From Alphaproteobacteria bacterium (GTDB lineage Bacteria; Pseudomonadota; Alphaproteobacteria; MPNO01): a stretch of DNA of 64,000 nt. The stretch lies in NCBI GenBank assembly GCA_964291675.2, contig OZ219866.1, positions 576,001 through 640,000 of the forward strand, read 5' to 3'. The notes under the pieces were generated by a model. The model saw nothing but the letters and a program-made list of their open reading frames with translations, was not told the origin of the DNA and did no database searches. Positions 7,939 through 17,400 of the stretch are shown here, piece after piece. The translations under genes and the position numbers were made by a program. The stretch's first letter is position 1, and every line of letters starts with the position of its first letter.

Positions 7939-10900
7939 TCAGAACCGGGCGTCCAGGCGAAACCCGACCTGGTGCTCGGGCGGGATGTCATCGTTCGCGC
8001 TCTCGCGCCGCCGGGCCTCGAAGGACAGGTCCAGCGCGCCGCCCACCGGCGTCCCGGCCCCCACGCGCACCAGCCGCCAGCCGAAGCTCAGGTCGCGGCC
8101 GGCGTCGGTCAGCGTCACCCCGGCCTCGGGCGTGAGCGTGAAGCGGTCGCCGAAGGCGGCGAAGCCGTAGCCGAACCGCACCCCCAGCCGGCGCCTCGCG
8201 AGGTCGGTGCCGCCTGCCCCGGACCCCGATCCGGGGTTGGCGGAGAGACCCGCCAGAGTGCCGCGTCGGAACAGCGCATCGGCGCCGCCCGAGGTCGATC
8301 CGCCAATACTCTGCGTCAGGCTCAGACGCGGGCCCCGCCCGTCCGGCGCCGGCTCCCAGGAGAGCGAGCCCGACAAGCCGCGCTGGCGGAATCCCTTCGC
8401 CGCATGGCTCAGCAGACCGCGCCCCCTGAGCTCGGCCCGAATGCCGCGCGCCGGGCCGGCGAGCGTGAGAAAGCCGCCGAGGTCGACCCCGAAGCCGGTG
8501 TCCGCGTCGCCCCCGTCATGCCGCAACCCGACCTCCAGCCCCGGTGTCAGCAGCGCTCCGCCGCCTGCCCCGCCCGCACCGGACCCCGATCCGGGGCCCA
8601 GCCGCAGCGGACGGCTCGCCTCCAGGGCAAGGCGCAGCCGCGTCATCCGGGCCCGTGCCGCCGCAAGGTTGCCGCCCGTCCCGGACACCGAACCCGTGGA
8701 CGTGCTCACGATCAGCGCGTCGGTCTTGCCGGCCAGCGTCAGCCCGTCCAGCAAGCCGCCGCCTGCTCCGCCCGCCCGGGACCCCGATCCGGGGTTCAGC
8801 AGCGTGCCGCGCAGCCCCGCCGCCGCCATCCACTGGTGGAGGTCGGTGCGAACCGCAGGCGCCTCGACGGGCTTCAGCGCGAGCTCGCCCGCGCCGTAGC
8901 CCGCCATGCCCCAGCCCTCCAGCCAGCCGCCCAGCATGCGGCGCAGCCAGGCATAGAGCCCGGTCAGGGCGGACTCGACCGTGCCGCCCGTCGCGGCGTC
9001 CCGGCCGGAGCCGCCGCGGTAGCGGCCGTCGCCGAGGCTGCGCGAGGTCACGAGGCCCGCGCTCCACGGCCCCTGCGACCAGTCGGTCCCGAGCATCGCG
9101 GTCGCCACCTCGCCGTCGAGCGAGAGCGCGCCCTCGCGGCCGTCGAATCGCGTCATCGCGCCGCGGCCCCAGACCGACACGAAGCCATCGCCCGCGGTCT
9201 CCCCCGCCACCGAGAAGGACGAGCCCAGCAGCAGCTCGCGGCCGCCCGTCGAGCGGCCCCGGTCCGCCAGCCGGGCCCGCCGCGTCGCGCCTGCCCCGGA
9301 CCCGGATCCGGGACCGGCTTCGGCGTCCCGGGCCTGCCCCGGAGCTCGATCCGGGGCCGCTTGGGCGCGCGCTCGGACCGCCCCGGTCCCGGACGGCGCC
9401 GCGAGGCCGATCCGCTCGCCGCCGACATTCACCTCCGCTCCAGCCTGGCGGACGGCGCGCATCCGGCCCCGCACCGCGTCCAGTACCTGGTCCGCCACCG
9501 TGCGCGCGAAACGCGCGATCCACGCCTTCGGCGTCGCGTCGGTGTTGGTGATCGTCCCCGTCGCCTCGGCGTCCGCCAGCTTCACCCGCGCCGGGCTCGG
9601 GTCGGACAGCGTGAGCGTCATCGTCTCCGAGCCCTCGTCGTGGGTGTCGTTCAGCACCGCGACCGACACCGTTTGCGAAGTCTCGTCGGCCGCGAAGGTC
9701 AGCGTACCGGAGGTCGCCGTGTAGTCATCGCCCGCCATGGCCGTGCCGTCGGCGGTGGCGTAGCGGACGGTCACGGCTTCCGGGAGCGCCCGGCTCAGCG
9801 TCACGACGAATCGGAGGGTCGCCTCGCGGGTCTCCGCGACCGTCGCCTCCGCGACCGAAAGCATGGGCGGGCCCGGCACCGACGCCTCGGCGGCCCTGGC
9901 GAGCGGCCGCCCGCCGATGCACACCGCATGCGTCTCGCCGCAGGGCTGTGCGGGCACGCGGACCGTCACCGCGTCCAAGCCGTCCGGCGCGACCGTCACC
10001 TCCCAGGCGGGGTTCGCGCCGGCGGAAGTCTGCCGCGCCCCGGTCACGCGCCCGCCGGTCGCCTCCAGCACCGAGGCGGCGTCGCGCTTGGGATCGAGCC
10101 CGGCGGGCTCGCCGCTGAAGCGAAGCCCGAGCCTGAACGCCGTCGCCCCGTCATGGCTCTCCGGCACATCGCGGAACACGACGCCCGGTCCCGCGCTGCG
10201 CGCGTTGCGGCCCGACGCGAGGATGCCCTCATGCGCGAGCACGGCGTCGGCCCGGCTCGCCTTGCTGCGGACGGTCCCGCCGTTCAGCGCCAGGCCGTTC
10301 GCCGTCACCCCCATCATGCCGTGCGCGCCGTCCGCCTCGACCAGCGTGTAGGCGAAGACGAGCTCCGCCGTGCCGCCGCCGCTCCGGTAGTCGGCGCTGC
10401 GCGCCGCCGTGCCGCCGAGACCGATACCGACGGAGGGCGTGCCGCCGCCGGTGTCCACCTCAACCGCCTCGCTGAAGGTGAGCGCCACCCGCACGGTCTC
10501 GCCCGGGCTCCAAACGCCGTCCTCGCCCGCCCCGCTCAGCGCCGGCGCGCCCTCCACCGCCGGGGGGTCGACCGCAGCCTGCATGAATGACGGGGGCACG
10601 CTGAGCTTCAACGGGATCGTGTCCCCCTTCGCCCAGACGAGATCGGGCGCCTGCCACTCGTAATCCCCCCAATGCAGCAGGCTCGCATCGGAGAAATCGA
10701 AGCTGCGGCCACAGACATGCAGCCTGAGGGCCGCTTTTTGCGCCGCCGTCAGCTCCTGCGTCGCCCGGTCGGTGTCTCTCGAGTCGCCGGAGCCGATCAG
10801 GCTGAACACCAGGGAACCCGGCGGAGACCGCAGCAGGCCCGTCAGATCGCCGGAGTGGGCGAGGAGCAGCACGTTCCTGCCGATCCGATAGCTGTTCGCG

Positions 10901-12678
10901 CCGAGGTCGATGGCGTCGTCGAGTCCGCTGAGGTCGCCCGTCGCGCTCGACCATCCGTAGCCGACCAGCTCGGTGCGGGGTCCGGCCACGAGAGCGCCGG
11001 CCGTCAGCGTGCCCGCCCAGACCTCGCGGTGCCCGGCAAGCTCGGCCGGGCCGCAAGTCGCCGACTGGATTGGGGCGTGCGGGGGGTAGGCGTCGCTCGT
11101 CCGCTCGGCAGGCTGGCCTTCGGCGGCAAAGGAGACCTTCACCTTGACCTTCTTGCCCAAATCCGCGGCATCCAGGGTGTAGGTGCTGGACGACGCCCCG
11201 GAAATACTCGACTCGTCCATCCCGTCGACCCGTATCCACTCATAGGTAAAGCTGTCGCTGCTGCCGGTGCGGGCGGTCAGCGTCCGACCCACGCGCGCGG
11301 TGCCCGAAATCGACGGTTTCGCGCTCACCACGATATCGAAGCTGTCGGAGGCTTTGCGCCCGTCCCGGTCGCTCGCGGTCACCTTCACCGCCACCCTGCC
11401 CGCATCGCCGGACTGCGGCGTCCCCGAGAAGATGCGCGTGCCCGGAGCGAAGCTCAGCCACGAAGGCAGGGCGGCGCCGTCGTATTGCGTTGCCGAGTAG
11501 GTCAGGGGGGCGGGTTTTCGGCTCGAGAACGCATTCTCCGCAAGCTGGAAACTGAACGCCGTGTCCACCATTGCCGTCCGATCCGCGATCGTGTTGGCGA
11601 CCATCGGCCGATCGATCGCCTTGTTCACGTCAATGGTCATGGCGTAGGTCGTCGCGCTGTCGTCCTTGCCGTCGTTCACCTTGAAGTCGAAGCTCGCGAA
11701 GGCGTTGCCGAAGGCGTTCCCGGGCGGGGCGTAGACCAGCTTGTTCTCCTCCAGCTCCGTCCTGGTGACCGTCTTGGGCAGGTCCCCCGAATCGATCGCG
11801 CCGCCGTCGAACTTCAGCGCGCCCTTGCCCGGCGACGGCAGCGTCGCCACCTTTACGCTCGCCAGGGTGTCGCTGGCGTCCCCGTCCGAGAAGTCGAAGT
11901 CGGCGCCCCGGAAGACGTAGTCCGTGTACTGGTCCGTCGCCACGGTGCCGCTCGAGGCCGTGGGGAGGGCGTTGACCGGGCTGCCGTTGACGCGCAACAG
12001 CATCCTCAGATGGTTGCTTGGAAGCTGGCTCACGCTGAAAGACCCGGAGTCCGAAATACGGAGCTCGTACTTGTCGCTCATGCTGAATCTCGCGGCGGGG
12101 GTTCCGTCGTAACTCGCGGTGTCGGTCCTTCGAAGTTCCAGGTCTGAGGACGTGTTCTTGTCGATCCTCACCCAGTAATGCGTGTCCGGATCCAGCGTGA
12201 CGGTCGAAGCCGGCGTGAAGGTATAGTTGCGCCTCGTGTTCGCCGTCAGGGCCGGGGTCGGATTGTTGAAGGTGACTTCGGTCGTCCCGTTCGCGGAGCC
12301 GCTCCTCAGCGTTACCACGTGATTTCTTGGCGAACCGCCGGCGTCGAGCCTGATCTCGATGCTGGTCAGCGTGTATCCCGCGGCATGGCTTCCCGTGGTG
12401 AATCTCTGGGCGCCGGATGCCGCCTTCAGGTTCAGGTGGCCGTTGTCCCATTGCCCGATATTTCCGATCAACACCTGCGCCTGGGCCGAGCCGGCGACGA
12501 GCACGCCGGCGGCGATCGCAAGGACGCGTAGCGGGATGCTCCCGGACCCCCTTTCGTCATGGCCGGAGCGGGCCGGCCGTCCTCGCCGGCGGGTCGGCGG
12601 GCGTTCGCAACCGGGCGGCCCGGTGCGGGCGGCGGGGGTCGCGCAATTGGGTTCGGGCAAGCGCCGCAAACTGGCCAT
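7939..12678 (-). CDS. Large autotransporter-type surface protein (Ig/cadherin-like, He_PIG-like, Calx-beta, C-terminal beta-barrel)
   Basis: GGAG RBS before ATG 12678 (start uncertain); signal-like LAIAAGVLVAGSAQA; LPSWLSF..FSGTP Ig repeat; VTVRYATADGTA..GDDY...SGTLTF Calx-beta; barrel ending EHQVGFRLDARF. Confidence 0.85.
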   Translation of the reverse strand: MASLRRLPEPNCATPAARTGPPGCERPPTRRRGRPARSGHDERGSGSIPLRVLAIAAGVLVAGSAQAQVLIGNIGQWDNGHLNLKAASGAQRFTTGSHAAGYTLTSIEIRLDAGGSPRNHVVTLRSGSANGTTEVTFNNPTPALTANTRRNYTFTPASTVTLDPDTHYWVRIDKNTSSDLELRRTDTASYDGTPAARFSMSDKYELRISDSGSFSVSQLPSNHLRMLLRVNGSPVNALPTASSGTVATDQYTDYVFRGADFDFSDGDASDTLASVKVATLPSPGKGALKFDGGAIDSGDLPKTVTRTELEENKLVYAPPGNAFGNAFASFDFKVNDGKDDSATTYAMTIDVNKAIDRPMVANTIADRTAMVDTAFSFQLAENAFSSRKPAPLTYSATQYDGAALPSWLSFAPGTRIFSGTPQSGDAGRVAVKVTASDRDGRKASDSFDIVVSAKPSISGTARVGRTLTARTGSSDSFTYEWIRVDGMDESSISGASSSTYTLDAADLGKKVKVKVSFAAEGQPAERTSDAYPPHAPIQSATCGPAELAGHREVWAGTLTAGALVAGPRTELVGYGWSSATGDLSGLDDAIDLGANSYRIGRNVLLLAHSGDLTGLLRSPPGSLVFSLIGSGDSRDTDRATQELTAAQKAALRLHVCGRSFDFSDASLLHWGDYEWQAPDLVWAKGDTIPLKLSVPPSFMQAAVDPPAVEGAPALSGAGEDGVWSPGETVRVALTFSEAVEVDTGGGTPSVGIGLGGTAARSADYRSGGGTAELVFAYTLVEADGAHGMMGVTANGLALNGGTVRSKASRADAVLAHEGILASGRNARSAGPGVVFRDVPESHDGATAFRLGLRFSGEPAGLDPKRDAASVLEATGGRVTGARQTSAGANPAWEVTVAPDGLDAVTVRVPAQPCGETHAVCIGGRPLARAAEASVPGPPMLSVAEATVAETREATLRFVVTLSRALPEAVTVRYATADGTAMAGDDYTATSGTLTFAADETSQTVSVAVLNDTHDEGSETMTLTLSDPSPARVKLADAEATGTITNTDATPKAWIARFARTVADQVLDAVRGRMRAVRQAGAEVNVGGERIGLAAPSGTGAVRARAQAAPDRAPGQARDAEAGPGSGSGAGATRRARLADRGRSTGGRELLLGSSFSVAGETAGDGFVSVWGRGAMTRFDGREGALSLDGEVATAMLGTDWSQGPWSAGLVTSRSLGDGRYRGGSGRDAATGGTVESALTGLYAWLRRMLGGWLEGWGMAGYGAGELALKPVEAPAVRTDLHQWMAAAGLRGTLLNPGSGSRAGGAGGGLLDGLTLAGKTDALIVSTSTGSVSGTGGNLAAARARMTRLRLALEASRPLRLGPGSGSGAGGAGGGALLTPGLEVGLRHDGGDADTGFGVDLGGFLTLAGPARGIRAELRGRGLLSHAAKGFRQRGLSGSLSWEPAPDGRGPRLSLTQSIGGSTSGGADALFRRGTLAGLSANPGSGSGAGGTDLARRRLGVRFGYGFAAFGDRFTLTPEAGVTLTDAGRDLSFGWRLVRVGAGTPVGGALDLSFEARRRESANDDIPPEHQVGFRLDARF
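8212..9356. repeat. Five intragenic copies of a ~25-bp palindrome GCCTGCCCCGGA-N6-TCCGGGG
   Basis: Copies near 8212-8236, 8573-8596, 8771-8794, 9289-9313 and 9332-9356; four encode PGSGS(G/R)AG and one encodes APDRAPGQA. Confidence 0.8.
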
Positions 12679-13205
12679 GGGCAGCTCTCCACATACTCTG
12701 CTGCCGGTCCCGCGGACCGGCCGGAACTCGCGCGCCGACGGTGCTCGCCCTCCCCGCCCGCCACGCACACCAGTCTTCGCCAAGTTGCACAATTCCCGAT
12801 AGTCAATAGTTGGAGGATATACATTCATAAATTCATGTAATGTGACGTATTGACCCAGCGTTGGAGCGGGCCCCCGAAGACCGGACGGGTGGCTGGAGAC
12901 GGTTCGACGGGGCATGGGACATTCGACGGATCGACGCCGATGCCGATGCACCAGGCCGGCGGCTTCGCCTGCGGGCGCCGGGTCGTTCGGCAGCACCTCG
13001 CCGGGCGGGCGGATAAATTCCCCTTCCCCCTTGAAAGGACGCTCGGGATCGCTATCTAATGCGCGCCAAGCAATCCAGGCGGGTATTCGATGGCCCGTAC
13101 CACCCGACAAAGTTGTTCGACATCGGCCCCCCCCGGCGGCATCCGGTCCAACCGGCGCGGGACGATACCCGGTGCGGCGGGCGACGCGCAGACGAGGCCG
13201 GTGAG

Positions 13206-13556
13206 ATGAGGAAGGGCAGGTTCGCCAACAACCCGTCCGCGGTGACCGCGGCGCGTCACCTCAGGGAATTCGGGTTTACCGGTTGGCACCTCAGACGGAC
13301 CGGAAAATACGATCCCGCCACCGACACCCTCGCAGCGCCGGAGAACCGGGTCGAGCGCAAGGTGGTCGAGGCCCTGCAATACCTGGTCCAGGATCGACCG
13401 GTGCGCGACGACGGTGCGGTGTTCCTGATGGCCGGCGAGCCGCGGCCGAGAGCGGGCGACGGGCTGGTCGCCCTGACCCGCCACTGGCTGATCGACACGG
13501 TCGACGTCATGGATTCGGGCGTGGACGAAAGAATTTACGTCGTGGTCTGCGTCTGA
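13206..13556 (+). CDS. Hypothetical protein resembling phage head-tail joining/closure proteins
   Basis: 116 aa; G..WHLRRTGKYDPATDT... and PRPRAGD...WLIDTV pattern recalls siphophage head-closure proteins. Confidence 0.4.
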   Translation: MRKGRFANNPSAVTAARHLREFGFTGWHLRRTGKYDPATDTLAAPENRVERKVVEALQYLVQDRPVRDDGAVFLMAGEPRPRAGDGLVALTRHWLIDTVDVMDSGVDERIYVVVCV

Positions 13557-15205
13557 CCCGCGCCGCGCGCCAGGTCGACGAGCGCCCCGCAATCCCGCGG
13601 CAGACGGTTCCCGCGCCACGCGACGTGATGATCGGGCCGGATCAGGACCAGGTCGGCGCCGTAGATGTCGCGCGCCGCGGGATCCTCGACCGCGGCGACC
13701 GCGAGCGGCAGCCCGGACGCGCCGGCGGCGGCGAGCAGCGGGGCGGGATCGGGCGCGCCGTCGAACCGCAGCAGGGTAAATTCCGGCCCCAGCGCGTCAT
13801 GAAGCGCGCTGCCGGCGAGCCACGCATGGGGCGCGCGGGCGCCCGGACAGGCATTGGGGGCATACGCGTTGGGTTCGTCCGGCGGCGGCGAGGAGCCGCC
13901 GTCGGCGACGATCGGCGAGCCGGCATAGGACAGGCCGAGAAAAATGCCGGGGATGGTGAACTCGAAATGCGCGTGCGCTTCGACGAGCGCCCCGAGGGCG
14001 GCACGCGCGGCGCGTCCGGCGGCGCTGTCCTCCTCGATCGCCGGGTCGATCGGCATGTGGCCGATCGAGTCCGCGAAGCGGCTGGCGAAGGCGGTGTTGC
14101 GCCGGCCGATCGGCCGACGCTCCGCCGCGTAGCTGTCGAGCAGGCCCGGGCCGCCCCAGCCCGCGATCGCGGCGGCGAGCTTCCAGCCCAGATTGACCGC
14201 ATCGTCGATCCCGGTGTTCATCCCCATCCCGCCGGTGGGCGTGAAGAGATGCGCCGCATCGCCGGCGAGAAAGACGCGGCCGAGCCGGTAGCGCTCGGCG
14301 ACCAGCGCGTAGCCCGCCGTCCAGTTCTGCGCCGAAATGACGCGCAGCGGGAAATCCGCCCCGGCGGCGCGCGGAATCATCGCGGCCGGATCGCGCATGC
14401 CGCCATCTGCGGTGCCGAGCGCGGCGATGAACAGGAACCTGTTCCCGCCATCGACCGGGATGAACAAAGCGCGGATTTCGGGGTTGAGGATCCAGTATTG
14501 CCAGGCGGGGTCCTGCGCGAGCCAGCCGGCAGCGGGGTCGGCCTCGAAATAGGTCGCGTACATCGGCCCGCCCATGATCGGACGGATCACCCCGGACTCG
14601 CCCGCGAGCTCGATCCCGAGCGCGGCGCGAACCGCGCTCCCCGCCCCGTCGCAGCCGATCAGGTAGCCGGCCTCGTAGACGGTCTCCGCCGCGCCATCGC
14701 TCCGCCGGGCGCGCGCCTCGACCCGGTCGCCGCGATCGCGGAATTCCTCGAGCCGCCAGCCGAAACGCACCTCCACCGCCGGCAGAGCGTCGACCGCCTT
14801 CTTGAGCTCGGCTTCGAGAAAGAGCTGGGAGCAGCGATGCGGCGGTTCCGCCGATGCCCAGCGCCCGGTGCCGGCAGCGGCTTCGGCCAGCGCCTCGCGC
14901 CGCGACGGCTGCCGGTAGCGGCCGATCTCGTAGCCGTTGAGCCGGGTGAAGTAGGCGAGGTCGGTCGGGTGGTCGTCGTCGAGGCCGCGCGCGCGGACCG
15001 CCCGGGCGAGGCCGAGACGGCGCAGATGCTCCATGCTCCGGCTCGATATCGCGTTCGCCTTGGGATGGGTCGCCGTGGTCGGCCGGTCGTTGAGCAGCAC
15101 GCAGCGGATGCCGCGGCGGCCGAGCTCGATCGCGGCGATCATGCCGACCGGACCGCCGCCCGCTACGACGACGGGAACGCGCCGCCTCTCGGCCGGCCGG
15201 GTCAA
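13535..15205 (-). CDS. FAD-dependent monooxygenase (PheA/TfdB-like)
   Basis: VVVAGGGPVG, IGCDGAGSAVR, RVFLAGDAAH..PTGGMGMNTG, PGARAPH, LIRPDHHVAWR; TTG start overlaps ccmI stop. Confidence 0.9.
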   Translation of the reverse strand: MTRPAERRRVPVVVAGGGPVGMIAAIELGRRGIRCVLLNDRPTTATHPKANAISSRSMEHLRRLGLARAVRARGLDDDHPTDLAYFTRLNGYEIGRYRQPSRREALAEAAAGTGRWASAEPPHRCSQLFLEAELKKAVDALPAVEVRFGWRLEEFRDRGDRVEARARRSDGAAETVYEAGYLIGCDGAGSAVRAALGIELAGESGVIRPIMGGPMYATYFEADPAAGWLAQDPAWQYWILNPEIRALFIPVDGGNRFLFIAALGTADGGMRDPAAMIPRAAGADFPLRVISAQNWTAGYALVAERYRLGRVFLAGDAAHLFTPTGGMGMNTGIDDAVNLGWKLAAAIAGWGGPGLLDSYAAERRPIGRRNTAFASRFADSIGHMPIDPAIEEDSAAGRAARAALGALVEAHAHFEFTIPGIFLGLSYAGSPIVADGGSSPPPDEPNAYAPNACPGARAPHAWLAGSALHDALGPEFTLLRFDGAPDPAPLLAAAGASGLPLAVAAVEDPAARDIYGADLVLIRPDHHVAWRGNRLPRDCGALVDLARGAGQTQTTT

Positions 15206-16377
15206 CTTCCCCCGCCGAGCGCGTCGATGCGTTTGGCGATCTCGCCGCGCTCCGGCGAGCTCTCGGGCAGGAGCTCGCGCAGGCGCGACCAGTAGCGGAG
15301 CGAGGCTTCCCTGTCGCCGGTCCGGTCGGCCGCCGCCGCGGCCTGGCGGAGCGCATCGCGCTCGTTCTCCGCCTCGCCGAGCACGCGCCAGGAGCGCGCG
15401 AGCCGCGCCCAGCCCTCGACGTCGTCCGGCTCCTCCTCCAGCCTGAGGGCGAGCCCCTGGACCATGCCGCGGATCATCGCCGCCCGCTCTTCGGGCGCCA
15501 GCCGCCCCGCCGCTTCCACGTCCTCGCGGGTCGGGCCGGGGGCGAGGCGCGCGATCCGCCGGCGCAGCATGGGCAGCCATTCGGCGTCCTCGGGCGACGC
15601 CGCTTCGAGAGCGCGCCAGCGCTCCAGCGCGCCGTCCCGATCCCCCTTCTGCAAGGCCGCGAGGCCCAGGTAATACCCCGCCCGCGGCTCTCCGGGATCG
15701 ATCCGGAGCGCGGCGGCGAAGCCCTGTTCCGCTTCGGTCGTGACCATCCCTCCGTTCGCCGCGGTGAGGGCCTCGGCGCGCAACGACCTGAGCTGGGCGT
15801 CGGCAGGCAGCAGCGCGGTGGCCCGGTCGTAGGCGCGGGCGGCCTCCTCGTAGCGCCCGAGCGAGCCGAGCGAGCGTCCGAGCAGGCGCCAGCCGCGCGC
15901 GTCGTCGGGCCGTTCCTCCATCCGCTCGGCGAGCCGCGCGACGAGTGTCGCCATGTCGTCCTCGTGCTCGGCCGGGCGGGTCGCGGTCGCGGCGGCGCTG
16001 TCGTTCGCCGACCCGCCGGGGACAAGCGGCGCGCCCTGCCAGACATAGAGCCCGCCCGCGGCGAGCGGCAGCACGGCGGCGAGAGAAGCGGCCAGGACCG
16101 CCCGCATTTGCGGGGCGTCGCGGCGCGCGGCGGGCACCTGGCGCGCGGCATCGGCGGCGAGCAGCCGGCGGCCGATCTCGGCGCGCGCGGCGTCGAGCTG
16201 ATCCTCGCTCACTAGGCCGCGGTCGCGGTCGCGCTCGATCTCGGCGAGCTGGTCGCGGTAGATGTCGACATCGTGCTCGGCACGGGCGCGCGGCGGCGCC
16301 TGCGGGCGCAGCAGGGGCACCAGCACGCAGAGCACGGCGACCAGTGCCAGACCGGCGAGAACGGCGAGCAGGATCAC
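15202..16377 (-). CDS. ccmI: Cytochrome c biogenesis protein CcmI/CycH
   Basis: N-terminal TM, IYRDQLAEIERDRDRG, TPR repeats; operon position. Confidence 0.9.
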   Translation of the reverse strand: MILLAVLAGLALVAVLCVLVPLLRPQAPPRARAEHDVDIYRDQLAEIERDRDRGLVSEDQLDAARAEIGRRLLAADAARQVPAARRDAPQMRAVLAASLAAVLPLAAGGLYVWQGAPLVPGGSANDSAAATATRPAEHEDDMATLVARLAERMEERPDDARGWRLLGRSLGSLGRYEEAARAYDRATALLPADAQLRSLRAEALTAANGGMVTTEAEQGFAAALRIDPGEPRAGYYLGLAALQKGDRDGALERWRALEAASPEDAEWLPMLRRRIARLAPGPTREDVEAAGRLAPEERAAMIRGMVQGLALRLEEEPDDVEGWARLARSWRVLGEAENERDALRQAAAAADRTGDREASLRYWSRLRELLPESSPERGEIAKRIDALGGGS

Positions 16378-16850
16378 GGCGCCGGATCCTCGTCGAGCAG
16401 CCGCGCGATCCGGGCCCGCTCCACCTCGTCGAGCGTCTCCGGCTCGCGCGGGGAAGCGGCGCGGCGTCGGCGCAGGAACGCCGCGACCGCCACCGCCCCG
16501 ATCAGCAGGATCGCCGCCGGGCCGAGCCACAGCGCCCAGGTCGCCGCCTTGAACGGCGGCGACAGCAGCACGAAGTCGCCATAGCGCGCAGCCACGAAGC
16601 GGATCACCTCGTCGTCGCTCGCGCCCGCGGTCAGGCGCTCGCGCACCGCGATGCGCAGATCCCTGGCGAGAGGCGCGTCGGAATCGTCGATCGACTGGTT
16701 CTGGCAGACCAGGCAGCGGAGCTGCTTGGAAATCGTCCGCGCGCGTTGCTCGAGAACCGGGTCGGCGAGGATTTCGTCAGGCTCGACCGCTTCCGCCGGC
16801 GCGGCGAGCAGCGTCAGCGCGACGGCGATCCGGGCGGCGCGGCGCATCAT
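16374..16850 (-). CDS. ccmH: Cytochrome c biogenesis protein CcmH/CycL
   Basis: LRCLVCQNQSIDDSDAPLARDLR...RYGDFVL. Confidence 0.95.
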   Translation of the reverse strand: MMRRAARIAVALTLLAAPAEAVEPDEILADPVLEQRARTISKQLRCLVCQNQSIDDSDAPLARDLRIAVRERLTAGASDDEVIRFVAARYGDFVLLSPPFKAATWALWLGPAAILLIGAVAVAAFLRRRRAASPREPETLDEVERARIARLLDEDPAP

Positions 16851-17398
16851 CGGACGAGCTCTTCGAGCAGGGGCAGTATCCGGGCCTCGAGATCGTCCGC
16901 CAGGATGGGGCCGATATGCTTGTATCGGATGCGCCCGGAACGGTCGAGGACGAAGGTCTCGGGATAGCCGTACACGCCCCAGTCGATGGAGACCCGCCCG
17001 CTGCGGTCGGCGCCGATGCGGCGATAGGGGTTGCCGAGCCCGTCGAGGAAGCCGCGGGCGGCGGCGGGCTCGTCCTTGATGTTGATGCCGTAGATCGGAA
17101 CCCCTGCGCGGGCGAGCCGCATGAGAAACGGGTGCTCCTGGCGGCAGGGCGGGCACCACGAGGCGAAGACGTTGACCAGCGCCACCCTTCCCTTCAGGTC
17201 GGCGGTCGCGAGCCCGCCGGTCATGCCCTCGATCGGCGGCAGGTCGAATTGCGGTGCGGGCTTGCCGATCAACGCGGAGGGGACCCGGGCCGCGTCCTTC
17301 TCGCCGCTGCCGATCTGGTGCAGATAGACGGCGAAGACCGCAGCCAGCGCGGCGAAGGCGGCGACCGGGACGACGGTGGAGAGCCTTGGTCCCGCCAT
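16847..17398 (-). CDS. ccmG: Thiol:disulfide interchange protein CcmG/DsbE
   Basis: PSALIGKPAP, NVFASWCPPCRQEHP, DWGVYGYPETF. Confidence 0.95.
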   Translation of the reverse strand: MAGPRLSTVVPVAAFAALAAVFAVYLHQIGSGEKDAARVPSALIGKPAPQFDLPPIEGMTGGLATADLKGRVALVNVFASWCPPCRQEHPFLMRLARAGVPIYGINIKDEPAAARGFLDGLGNPYRRIGADRSGRVSIDWGVYGYPETFVLDRSGRIRYKHIGPILADDLEARILPLLEELVR

Positions 17399-17400
17399 GG

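Noticed and set aside
8212-9356. Repeats as a CRISPR array
   Set aside because: Irregular spacing, inside a CDS, and no cas genes.
7636-10590. 984-aa plus-strand ORF
   Set aside because: Arg/Pro-rich antisense shadow of the autotransporter with no motifs.
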